Part shown: positions 13,181 through 23,952 of the stretch, piece by piece
Layout of the letters: each line of letters opens with the position of its first letter
Numbering within the stretch: the first letter of the stretch is position 1
Source of the DNA: Lama glama
Lineage: Eukaryota
NCBI GenBank assembly: GCA_028534125.1
Contig: CM052816.1
Location: 95,172,001 to 95,236,000, forward strand
DNA length: 64,000 nucleotides
Direction of reading: 5' to 3'
Notes under the pieces: generated by a model
Seen by the model: the letters and a program-made list of their open reading frames with translations, nothing else
What the model was told of the DNA's origin: nothing
The model's database searches: none
Position numbers and translations under genes: made by a program

Positions 13181-13582
13181 CAGCATCTGAGGGACTGGCC
13201 CGGGAGAGGGTGGGTCACTTTTCATCTTTTACGGTGTTTGGTGTATTTCTCCTGTGTTGCAGCATTACTTTTTTTTTAGCTGTGAAAAGAATATGAAACT
13301 AATTGTTAAGCTCTTTGAAAAGCTTTTCAAGGACATGTCTGGAGTAAAGAAAAGAAACTAAAGAACAACATTTATCCTGTAGCACTTAGGTAAAAAGAAT
13401 ACATGGAGAAACAAAACTAAATGTCTTTCTATAGACACATGTAAATAAATATGCGGAGACACAGCTGAAGGAAGCTTCCCTCCCAACGGGTACTTCTGAG
13501 CAGGAGGAGACTGTAACAAGATTATTGTAACCTGTGGGAAGTATTCAAGGGTAACTCATGAATTTAAAAGTCTTACCTTTGA

Positions 13583-13743
13583 AGCAGGAGAGGGTATAGC
13601 TCAAGTACTAAAGTGCATGCTCAGCATGTACAGGGTCCTGGGTTCAATCCCCAGTCCCTCTTCTAAAACTAACTAAATAAATAAACCTAATTACCTACCC
13701 ACCCCCAACAACAAAAAGATAAACAAACAAAAAAGGACAAAAA
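13583..13743 (+). mobile_element. tRNA-Ala-derived SINE (Vic-1-like) with TSD
   Basis: gagggtatagctcaagt...gcatgctcagcatg...gtcctgggttcaatccccagt...aataaacctaattacct and an A-rich tail. TCTTACCTTTGA is duplicated at 13571-13582 and 13744-13755. Confidence 0.9.
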
Positions 13744-13864
13744 TCTTACCTTTGAGAAATAGAAGCAGATCAGATAAAGCACACATCTATTTTGATCAAA
13801 ATAAGTAACATTAAAAATATTGGTGTATTTCACTTATCATTTTTCTAATTTACACACACTTAGG

Positions 13865-13870
13865 TTTATT
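13865..13870 (-). terminator. Candidate distal polyadenylation signal AATAAA
   Basis: Plus strand reads tttatt, at the end of an AT-rich, repeat-free block. Other minus-strand AATAAA copies occur at 16385, 18348, 19058 and 19095. Confidence 0.5.
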
Positions 13871-16800
13871 TAAATACCACACCATTGTACCATAAGAATG
13901 TTTATGTCACAAGTGATTTTTAATTCTGTAGCCACAATTTCCCCACATTTTTACATTCACACATCTTTTTTTCTCTACTTTTTAAACTTTAGATACAGAG
14001 TTTGTTAGGAGTTAAAAGGGAAAGACACATTCTTTCTGCTGAATAATATATCATATTTATCTTAAAGATGATTAACCTTTTGGATATCAAGGATTGAAAC
14101 TGCTGGGAGTCATTTATTTCTAGGTCCCCAAATAGCCCTGAGGTCTAAATAGGAAAATATCTTTTATAAACTGTAACAAAACTCTCACCTCAAAATAAAG
14201 CACTTTGAAATTTACACAATTATATCCTTATTCAACATTTTTGTAATATCCAGAAGCCTATGGGATTTTTAGAAATGTCAATGAAAATAGCTTTACATTC
14301 AGAAAATAGAGCTTATTCCCGCACGTCATAAACTGGTACCTGGCACCTGTGCAGAGTCCATTCAATTCTTAACCTGTCACAAAGTCACCCTTGTTAAAAA
14401 CATACATCCTCAGACACCTGGTATATGCCAGGCAGAACAAGGATTCACATAAAAAAAAAAATTCCAGTGAGATCAGCTTGACCTGTTCATTTGAATGGGG
14501 CCTGTTATTCAAATTCCTTAGGGTGGCCCAAAGGCTCACGGGGTTACTGGTAACACCCCCAGGTTTACAGCATCTTTTTCTGGTTTTCATCCAGTTCAAC
14601 AGATGAAACCAGTTCATGCAGTTCCAGCTTCTAGAACTTCTGCTCAAAAACTGGTGTTAAAGTGCTTCAATGCGACCTCCCAAAATTTCATAAAGCATCA
14701 CACCAACACAGGCCGCGCTGTGCCTGCGGGTCCTGGCTGCATTTGGTTTCACTCCTACATTTTCTTCAAAACCAATATAAAGGTGTCACATGATGATGAA
14801 CCAATTTCTCTCAAAAACCAGGTTGTGTTCACTTTGATGAATTACAGTATCTGATACTTTGGCAGACTTGGGGGACATCCCGGTGCCTCTTCAGGGTAAA
14901 ATGCTGATTCTGTGCTTAGCCTGGCACCAAACTACGAGAGATTCAGCTCTCACCCTGTGGCCAGGGGCTGAATGCCTGGTGGGGCTCCCCGAGCCGAGAG
15001 TCCACCCCGGACTCGGCCACTCCACCCCAAGGATGTGCCATCAGCAGCACAGAGGTGGCCCAGCTGGATGGAAATGGTGGTCCCACAGGAGCCGCCTGGG
15101 CCAACAACACCTTGCAACAAGAAGACCTGGGTTGGGACACACTGGCTGTGTTACACGTCACACTGGACGGAGGGCTCCCAGTGGGTCTTGGGCTGGTCCA
15201 TCCTTCAGTACACGCCATCCAAGCAGGTCACACCTGACATCACCTGGGAGACACAGCAGCAGTCACTTTTGTGAGCACAAAACCTGGACTTCCAGTTTGT
15301 GTGTGTGTGTGTGGGCACGTGTGTGTCCGTGCACACTCACATCACATCACACACATCCACTCGCCGCCGAGGGCTGTCAGAGCGCTGCAGGGTGTCAGCC
15401 TGATCTCCCCCTGGCTCGGGGGAGGAGCTCGTGCACGCGGCACTGACATTCAATTGAGTCCCTTGAAAACTAGCTCAATCAAACCAGGCAGTGGTGGGCT
15501 TTTTTTTTTTTTTTTGCTCCGCCCCCCATTTCTTTCAAAAAACCTCCAGAGGAATTTTTTAGTTGCTCATTTTAAATGTTAATGAAGAAACATGTGAATT
15601 CAAGGACACAGAAATGAGGAGCTGACTCAAGAGGTACAGAGACGCTGGAAACAAGTTTTCAATCATTGAGAGACACGACGCTGAGAGGATGGCTGTCAGC
15701 GTTTCAGGAAGAGCTGTTTTGTTGGAAGTTCTTTATGGCAACAGCACCCCCGCTGCCACGAGGAGGTACCCGAGGCCAGCTGTGGTCGTGAGCAGGACTT
15801 TGTGGTTTTATAAGGGTCGGTGGTGAGGGTTCTTCTGCCTTTTCCTCCCCAGAAGACCGTGGTCCAGTGGGCAGCTGCCTGGCTCAAAGGGGCCCAGCAG
15901 GAACCTGCTGTTGAGGAAACAAAAACCAGACACACGGACCAGGGCTCTAAGGGGTCCTGTGTGCAGGGCACCCACAGCCCCGGGCAGAGCCCAGTTACTC
16001 ACAACAGGACAAAAAGGCTCTCGAGCAAATGCTTGGACGGCATGTTAGGATTTCCGCAAATACTGTAAGAAAGAAAAAGTGCCAGCGCTTCATCCTAGAA
16101 AAGACTGATGGTGACTAGGAGCTTGCAACAGTCCCTGATAAATCCCAGCAGTGCCGGGAACAACAGTCCGGCATTAGGATGGGAAATGAGCGAGCGTGAG
16201 TCTTCAGGGGAACCTGCCGGTAGGAACACCCGACAGACGTCAGGGCTGGACCTCGTCTCACAGAGCAAACTGGGGAAATTATGAGAAGCCGGTCTTGATG
16301 TAGTGTGTGCAGATGAGGGTGGGGACAGTGCTCCTGCCGGAGGCTGCACGAGACAAATCATACCTACTGCTGAGTCTTGGCTCGTTTATTCACCTTTTCT
16401 TCATGATAACTCGGTACCCATGGTTCTTCCCTGGAGACAGCCGGCTTTGCATCCACTTCAGGACTGGTGTCTGGCCCCACCTCACGGGATTCAGTTTCAC
16501 AGAAAACGGCCTCAACTCTGCTCTGACAGGGGACTCCCAGAGACCTGGTCGCCCACTGACACTGCAGAAGGAGGTGGGCAGGGGCAGCCCGGATGGCACT
16601 CCGCATCCACGAGTCCCATTTGCCCACGGACATCGTGAACTCTCTCCCTCCTTCTCTGCAGCAGGAGCGAGTCTCAGGAGTGCCCGAAGTTGAGATGACG
16701 AAGGACTGCAATTTCTGATCGTACTTCTGAGGTATCTGGTGCTGCCAGGAGCCTGAGGGCAGGCACTTCAGAAGAAGTCATGAACGTCCATAATCGTATG

Positions 16801-17750
16801 GGTTGCGTTTCTCCAGTGGAGCCAAAGACCTGGAAAGTTTATGGCCTCTGAACACTGAGGTCCTTCCAGAGTGACTTTCTCCCAGTTTTCCCCTCATCCC
16901 TCCCAGCAAGGAGCTCGGTGCTGGGCTGACTGGGGAACATGAGATTCACAGAAGCAAGCAGAAAGCACTGTCACCGCATACGATGCTCCCCAGGCTCAGA
17001 CAGGGAGCAACCAGTTCTCGAGGCGAAAGCGATGAAGAGTCTACCTGCGTGTCACAGTCACCTCTGCTTACAGAGAGGCGAATTTTTGTTTTTAAATACA
17101 AGGGTTCATATCCACAAGAGGTAACTGAGAGGTTCAGGAGTGACTTCACATCCACTCCAAAGCCGTTTCAGCTGCCGGAGTCCTGGGCTTCCAATAGTCA
17201 AATCTCAATGTGAGGGGTAGTTCCCAGGTATCACCCTGGCAAAGAGCAGCACTGACACTGTCTTAGAAATAGTTCTTCTGTCCAGTTTAATCATAACTCA
17301 CTCAAATGCTAAAAAATATTAAAATAGACATCGACTCTCCCCCCTAACTCTGTTTATATATAAATCCCTGAGAAGGTACCTGTCAACTTGAAATTCACTA
17401 TTTACAGTTAATAAACGTCAGGAGAGCAAGCAGACACCAGAGCCCCCCGCTCTGTACAGCGGAGCCGTGATGTCATTGGTCAGGAGAGCAAACTGAGCCT
17501 CCCTCCCTAAAAGAAAAAAAATGGGGGTGGGGCGAGGTAGGGGAACTGTGCCAAAATTCTACACAGAAGCAGCTGGAGAAATCTGCCGTCCGTCCACCCT
17601 TGGGGGTTTGGAGGACATAACGGGATAATCCAACATGGACACTGTTGATCTCCCTTGATTGCCTTCCTTTTCTGCCCTTTTCAAACCTCAGAGTAGTGGA
17701 GCCAGGGATGATCAAGGCATTTAGCCAAATCTGGAGCAGAAAATAGGCAG

Positions 17751-17851
17751 AAAAAAAGGAAAGGAAAGGAAAGGAAAGAAAAGAAAAGGAAAGGAAAGGA
17801 AAGGGAAAAGAAAAGAAAAAAAGAAAAGAAAAGAAATGAAATGAAATGAAA
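17751..17851. repeat. Compound pentanucleotide microsatellite (AAAGG)n(AAAAG)n(AAATG)n
   Basis: Directly visible; almost purely purine on the plus strand. Confidence 0.95.
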
Positions 17852-19779
17852 GAGCAAGCAAGTGAGGAGGAAAGGAGACAGAAGGGACAGTAGGGACCAT
17901 ATGTGGTGACAGAGCTGAGGGGACACGTGGAGAGAAGGAGGTCACCACCCATCAGTGCCCGTCTGTCACCGGCACTGGAGGAGAGGGGGCAGGGAGTGAC
18001 CCCTTAATGAGAAAAATACAGCCAGCCATTCAAAGCAATGAGGGTGTATCAACACAAAAAATATCTCAAAGGACTGAACTGCCAGGGAGACAAGGGGTGT
18101 TTCTCTCCATCTCAGGGACCAGCTCTCATCTCACCCAAGAGTTCTTGGCCAACCCCTACTCATAGGCAAGTGGGTAATTCACAGCCAACTGACTGATACC
18201 AGTGATGCTCAGAGTGGGTCCTGCCCTTTGTGCCACTCTTCTTGTGTCTTTCTGGGATGAGGGAGGAACTCACTAAAATCTGGCTTTAAAAGCTGTGTTA
18301 TCATCACAACCTGTCTCCCAACAGGCTGGGTGCAGCCTGCCAGCCAGTTTATTGAGGTTTTTGGAGAGATGAGTGTGAGACACTCAACACCTGTGGGTGG
18401 GAGGAGAGGAGGGGAGGCTGGCGCCACCCACCCACATCACAAGACGGGCTGGCACTCGTCACCACGTGGCCAGGGAGCACGATTTTCCCTGCGAATCCAG
18501 GGTTATAATAAAGAGCTTCCAAATCAGTCTATAATATTTTAAGTCTATGGCTTCCAAGGAGGATAATATTTAAATAAAGTGCTGTTGGTAGTGCATATAT
18601 GACAGATACTCTACAGCCCAGATGGGCAGAGATTCATTAGAATTTCTCAGTGCTTTGGAGATAAAAGGTAGGGACAGAAAACTCCCTCGGAGAGCGCAGG
18701 GCCCAGGGCAAATCACACATGTGCGCTGCGAAAGTCCCACACCTTGGGAATTCTGCAAAGCCTGCGTGAGGGTGAAATGAACATCAAAGGCAGTCATCAA
18801 AGGGAAGTAAAAGCACTTCCACACCAGGGGTTCCTTTGGAACTGAGTCTCGAGGAGGAAACAACCAAGCTCACTCCAGGAGAATCTGCCTGAAACATGTT
18901 TGCTTAATATTCAATTCTAAGCCCCCACCCCCTAAGAATTTACCCCCACCCCCTAGTTCAGTAGTTTGCAGAACTCCGGGTTCCTTATTCTTCTTGCATC
19001 TCTTTTACATTTTGAGATATCTGAATTCAATTTACCTACGTGTATATATGACTTAATTTTATTATTCCTAATAATTCATTAAATTTACCCCCATTTTATT
19101 AAACAAGTTTTTTTCTCTTTGTCTATTCTTGAATGTGTTCAAGACTTTGTATCCAGTTTATCAAAAGTCCCCTGCTTAAAATGAACTTAATTCTAGCAAT
19201 AAATATGTGCTTCTCTTTGCACTATTTCATACTTTGATGATTGGCTTTTCTTCATTATTACCACTATATGGACAAGAGAGCTTAAAAACTAAGATCCAAG
19301 GAAATCTGATTCTTCTACCTTACTTGATCATTTTTCTGTAAAAGTAAACTGCCTCCATCAGGCAGAAACAAACATTCAGCATCACTTAATCAAATTCAGA
19401 ACATGCAGTGCTCATGGGCACCCACAATGAGATGAAAAGGCAGAGACCAAAACAAACAGCAAAAAGGGGGGAGAGTGTCACAAATTTTGTGCGAAATCAG
19501 AGATATTACAACTAATTATTGCTAGAAACGGTATTTTAAACAAAAGGTCTTCAGGCAAATGTGTTAAAAACCATCTTAAATACACTGGTAAAATGCTGTA
19601 AATCTGGTTGTGATTAAAAATACAAAATTACGCAGAAAATGTTCTTTTGATAAACTGCTCCTAAAATTTTCTTAATTAAGGTTCTAAAGGTAGACTTTCA
19701 GGCAAAATGCCCACTAGGTGTACTGATGCTAGCCGAACTGATTTTACGCAGACTGATTTGTGTTTATGCCCAGTTCATT

Positions 19780-20850
19780 CTTGGTGCGGCCCAAACAGAC
19801 AGGAACCGGTTTCTGGGCCCCTGAAGGAGCGGGCGCAGGGGTGCGCGGCGAGTGAAAGGCAAGCCCGGGGCGGGGGGCGCCCGGAGGCGCATCCTTCCCG
19901 GGACGGAGCCGCACGGCCTCCCCGCCGCCGCCTCTGGGGCTCCGGGCAGCAGCACCTCCGCGGCGGGGCTGGGCGTCCTGCCTCCCCGCGCCGGACGCAC
20001 CTTCCGGGCGGCTGCCCCGCTCACGTCCTTCTCCTCCAGGACGGTGTCCGCTTCTCCTTCTGCGCCGCCGCCAGCCGCTGCTTCTCTGCTTCTTCCGCCT
20101 TCCTTTTCTCCTCCTTGGCCTCCTTGTACCGCCACTTGGGGAGCTGCAGGTGGGCGCTGTCCTTGGTGCTGCCCCTCGCCGCCCTCTCGGGCTGGAAGGT
20201 GGGCGCGGGCGCCTTGCTGATGCGCACTTTGGGGATGACCACGCCCGGCCGCACGCTGCTCCGCCGAAGCAGCTGCAGGGGCAGGAGGCTGGCCCTCCGC
20301 GGGGCAGCTGGCAGCTGGGGAGACGGGAGGCTGGCTCTGGGGGTCTCCTCTCTGGAGACCCCCGCCGCCGGGGAGGTCCGGAATGGTTGCTCGGTGCCAT
20401 CAGCCTTGTCCCTTTCCTGAGCTTGCGTGTCCGGGTCCCCCCGCGCCACCAGGATTTCCTGAACCGCCAGCCGCCTTTTTCCCACACAGGGGGGGTCCTC
20501 GGGGCACACGGTCTGGCAAACAATGGCCACGGCGGGGTTGTAGAGGCTCGTGGTCATCCTGACCATGTGGTCCATAACCCCTCCATCCTCCAGGCCTTGG
20601 CGCGAGCGGGAGGTCAGCGCAGACCGCACAAATTCGGTGAGCCTCTGCAAGCAGTTTTTGGAGCCCGGAGGCTTCGGACCCGCCTCGAGGGGCAGTGGCA
20701 GCTCTGGTTTGTACTTTTCCCCAAACTGCTCCGCGCAGGGTCGCTCCAGCAGCCTCTGGAAGACACGGACGGCTTCGAACCGTCCTGTGAAAGCCGCCCA
20801 CTCCTGGGATGTCATCCCGCGGCGGGAGTCCCTGGCCTGGACGTCTGCCC
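19780..20850. promoter_or_regulatory. CpG-island-like segment over the terminal exon and the start of the 3' UTR
   Basis: Very high GC with dense CpG (e.g. gcgcaggggtgcgcggcg, cccgccgccgcc, cgcggcgggg), contrasting with CpG-depleted flanks. Confidence 0.75.
20021..20850 (-). CDS. ANKRD33B: ANKRD33B terminal coding exon (exon 4), coding part 830 nt including TGA
   Basis: Acceptor ctctgtggttttcAG at 20852-20851. Frame continues (G)[28 protein letters not shown]...[22 protein letters not shown]...[28 protein letters not shown], which I recognise as the ANKRD33B C-terminus. Matches ORF-track entry 20021..20890(-) from the splice site onward. Confidence 0.93.
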
Positions 20851-21404
20851 CTGAAAACCACAGAGCAGAGACAGGAATGGATGGATGCAATGAAGATATT
20901 TTCCTTCCACAGGCAGAAAACGAAAGTCAATGAAATGGATCAAAGGCAAAACTTCCAAAACCTAGCAACCTCCTCCACCCTGGAACTGTGCCACAAGGAT
21001 GAACCCACATCTGACAGTCACCTCACATGTGTTTACTGTTATAACACAACCTATCTATAAAAGCTCCACTTAATGGTTTATCTTTCCTAAATATAACCAC
21101 CTAAACTCAGCACCTAAACCGTGGGATTTTTTTTTTAATAGAGATAAGATTTCTTGGCTTTTCAGCAATGGAGTGATGGCCAGACCACAAAGGTACTTTG
21201 TAGCACTTGGCTGATGCTACTAAAATGTTCTAAAAATACTAACAGTAACTGTCACTGGCAAAGCACTTGGTGTCTCACTTATTTATCATCTCCCGTTTTC
21301 CTCCGAGATGTGTTGTAAGGACAGCTATGGTTCTTATTTTGCAAGAAATGTGTGGTCCTTCACTTTTCGTGCTGGTGGTTAGTTGGTCATGAGTCTGTCA
21401 TCTT

Positions 21405-21525
21405 TACCAGACTATGGGCTTCTCCAGGACAGAGGCACATCTTAGTCATCTTTGCTTCCTTAACACATATCATTCTGGCTGGTAGAGGCGTGCATTTAAT
21501 AAAAGTTTATTACAGAATAGATGGT
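21405..21525 (+). mobile_element. L2 3'-end fragment
   Basis: accagactatgggcttctccaggacagagg...tagaggcgtgcatttaataaaagtttatt..gaatagatgg. Confidence 0.55.
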
Positions 21526-21644
21526 AGTCACAGTGGAGGAAGGGATGGCTTGAGGCCCCAAAGCTGGTAAGAGTGAAGTCCTCACCTTGGGTCTCCTGGC
21601 CCTCAGCACCCACGCACTTCCCACCTCCCTGCAGGGGGCCTCTT

Positions 21645-22169
21645 CCTCTATGACAGTTTTCTGTGTCAACATGGCCAGGGTCTAGTACTCGGGGATTTAA
21701 CCAAACTCTAATCTGGCTGACAGTGAAGGTATTTTGTAGATACACTTAGCATCCATAAGCAGTTGACTTTTTTTTTTAAACATTTTATTGTGGTATGGTT
21801 CCTGTAAACTACATATTTCAGATGGACAATTTGATGAATTTTCATAGATATACACACCCATGAAACCACCACCACAATCAAGCTAGCTAACATTTCCATC
21901 ACTCCCCACAACGAGGAGATTATCACCAAAAACATGAGCTGTATCCAACCAGCTGAGGGCCTTAGGAGCCAAAGCTGAGCTTTCCTGGAGAAGAAAGAAT
22001 TCAGCCTCAAGACAGCAGCATCCGCTGCTGCCCACGTTTCCAGCCCACTGGCTGGTCCTACAGATTCCAGGCTTACCCACCCCCCAAATCACGTGAGCCA
22101 GTTCCCTCAGATAACTCTCTTAGTATGTGCCTCCCATTGGTTCTGACTTTTGGAAAACTGACTCCTACA
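21645..22169 (+). mobile_element. ERVL solo LTR (MLT2D-like) interrupted by an antisense L1 3' fragment (~21768-21908)
   Basis: ttttctgtgtcaacatggcca...gtgaaggtattttgtagat...agttgacttt, then a T-tail and L1 3' end, then ggagattatc...aatcacgtgagccagttcc...ccattggttctg. Confidence 0.8.
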
Positions 22170-23394
22170 TCCTCACAGTCTCCCTTACAAGAGTCGTTTC
22201 CTTCATAAATCTCCCCCGCACCACCCCCTACCCTCTCCTAACATTGCAAAGGTAAACTTCAGCCCAGCCTGACGAAATGTCCGTACGTTTCAGCGTGGCA
22301 GTAAAATAGAAATTAATAAGGAACCGCTGTTCAGTTCATCCTGGTCCAATCTCAGCCCCATCTACAGTTAAAAATCATTCAGGATTTCAAGTCCCACTGG
22401 TCATACTTCCACTGGCAAAGCAACGTGGGGAAGCAGGGCAATTAGCTAGTCTGCAAATTCCAGAGGGCCAAGCCCGGCAGAGGCTTCTGCATTTACATCC
22501 CGCTCAGCCCCGGGTGTGATGACTGGTGAGAACGTGCTGAACCAGGGGAGGGGAGTGGGGGGGCTCAGGCTTCCCTGCCCCGCAGCCCCCAGTGGCCCCA
22601 TGGCCCAGGCAGACCCACAGCTCACCTGAGTTCACCTGGTAATGCTCTTAATTCTGTGACACATTAAAGAACAGCCATCTTAGGAGAATAGTAATTATTT
22701 GGAACTGGAAATCAGGATGGAACTCATTAGCTAGAGGACAATTTATAAACTGACTAAAAGGGAAAGGGGGCAGTAAAAATGTCATTGCAAAAAATAGATG
22801 ACACATTAAACCTTAATTAATTGCATGTCACTTAAAAAGGAACAAACTGCAAAATTAAAATCTTAATGAACATGGCTTGAAAGAGACATTTTTCAAATGC
22901 TAATGGAAAACTAAAGGAACAGCTGTCAAAAGTTTAGCGCGCCTCTTCCTTTCCAAAACAACCTCGGAAAATACAGAGACTCTAAGGAACAAAGGCTGTT
23001 CTGACTGTAATGCGGCCCGAGAATCTGAGTCAGGATATAAATAAGGGGTTCACTTCCTTAAGAAATAACCGTTAAGGGTAATATGAAAGGCCTGGACACA
23101 GTCATTAAATCATGAAAGACAAGCGCCAATGGTTAGCACTTCATACACATACCTTTCAGAGAACATGGAGCATCTCTAAAAGGCCAGCGTACACGTCTTC
23201 TGCCCATGAGATGGCTGGCATCCTCACCCCCCCTCCCTCTGTTGTTTCACCCAGGGCTCCAGCCACACAGACAAGAGCTGGGCTCCTGCCAGTGAGTCCA
23301 CTTGCTGCCATGCTCAGCGCTGTGAGCCGTCTGCACAGAATCCTCTGTTTCACGCAGGGTGCAGTTCTAGGCAATGCACCCTGACAGGTCTAAT

Positions 23395-23560
23395 CCTGAG
23401 TTCCACAGTCTCGGCACTGCAGACATTTAGGGCCAGATCACCATTTGCTGTGGGGGCTGTCCTGTGCACTGGGGGACTTCCAGTGGCACCCCTGGTCTCT
23501 GCACACTAGATGCCAGTAGCACGTGACCAGCTGTGACAGTCAAAAATGTCCCCGGGGAAC
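23395..23560 (-). mobile_element. MER20
   Basis: ctcggcactgcagacatttagggccagat...gctgtcctgtgcact...ctagatgccagtagcac...gtgacagtcaaaaatgtc. Confidence 0.75.
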
Positions 23561-23699
23561 CACACACATCTCCACCCCAGTAAGGATTATTCATCTAATC
23601 TGCATGACTTGCCATCTTGTTCCCTGCTTTCCCAGCCTCCCTTACAACTGGTCAGCGAGCCCCAAAGAGAAGGCTGCTGCATCCTGATCAAAGGGACCG

Positions 23700-23952
23700 A
23701 TGTTGGCGATCATGAGGTGACCAGTCAACAAGCAGGAAGGTGGGGAGTCAGAGGGGGGCATGTGGGAAGCTGGGTAGACAAGAGGAAGAAACCTGGGTCT
23801 GTGGTGTCCTCATGGAATCTGGGGTCAGCTCTTCACGGTGACTGCCAGCCTCAAGACTCCTAGCGAGCTGAGACAAATAGACAGGTGATTATATTCTTTA
23901 AGCCACTGCCAAGTCAAGGTTTCTGTTATTGGAAGCAGAAAGCATTCTAAAT
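23700..23952 (+). mobile_element. Old MaLR LTR remnant (MLT1J/K-like)
   Basis: gaagaaacctgggtct...tttaagccactg...ggtttctgtta..gcagaaagcattctaa. Confidence 0.5.

Larger units (their letters stand above)
13845..20020 (-). other. ANKRD33B: Probable long 3' UTR of ANKRD33B (~6.2 kb)
   Basis: Almost free of interspersed repeats, unlike the flanks. Contains AU-rich blocks and miRNA seed matches and ends at a minus-strand AATAAA (13870-13865). The end position is inferred. Confidence 0.55.

Noticed and set aside
17473..17952. Phe/Ser/Leu-rich ORFs resembling membrane proteins
   Set aside because: Translations of the pentanucleotide microsatellite.
19707..20933. Long overlapping ORFs in other frames and on the antisense strand (19707..20420+, 19744..20523-, 20150..20854+, 20400..20930-)
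   Set aside because: They shadow the very GC-rich terminal exon, where stop codons are rare. The products are low-complexity Arg/Gly/Pro/Ala sequences with no recognisable domain.
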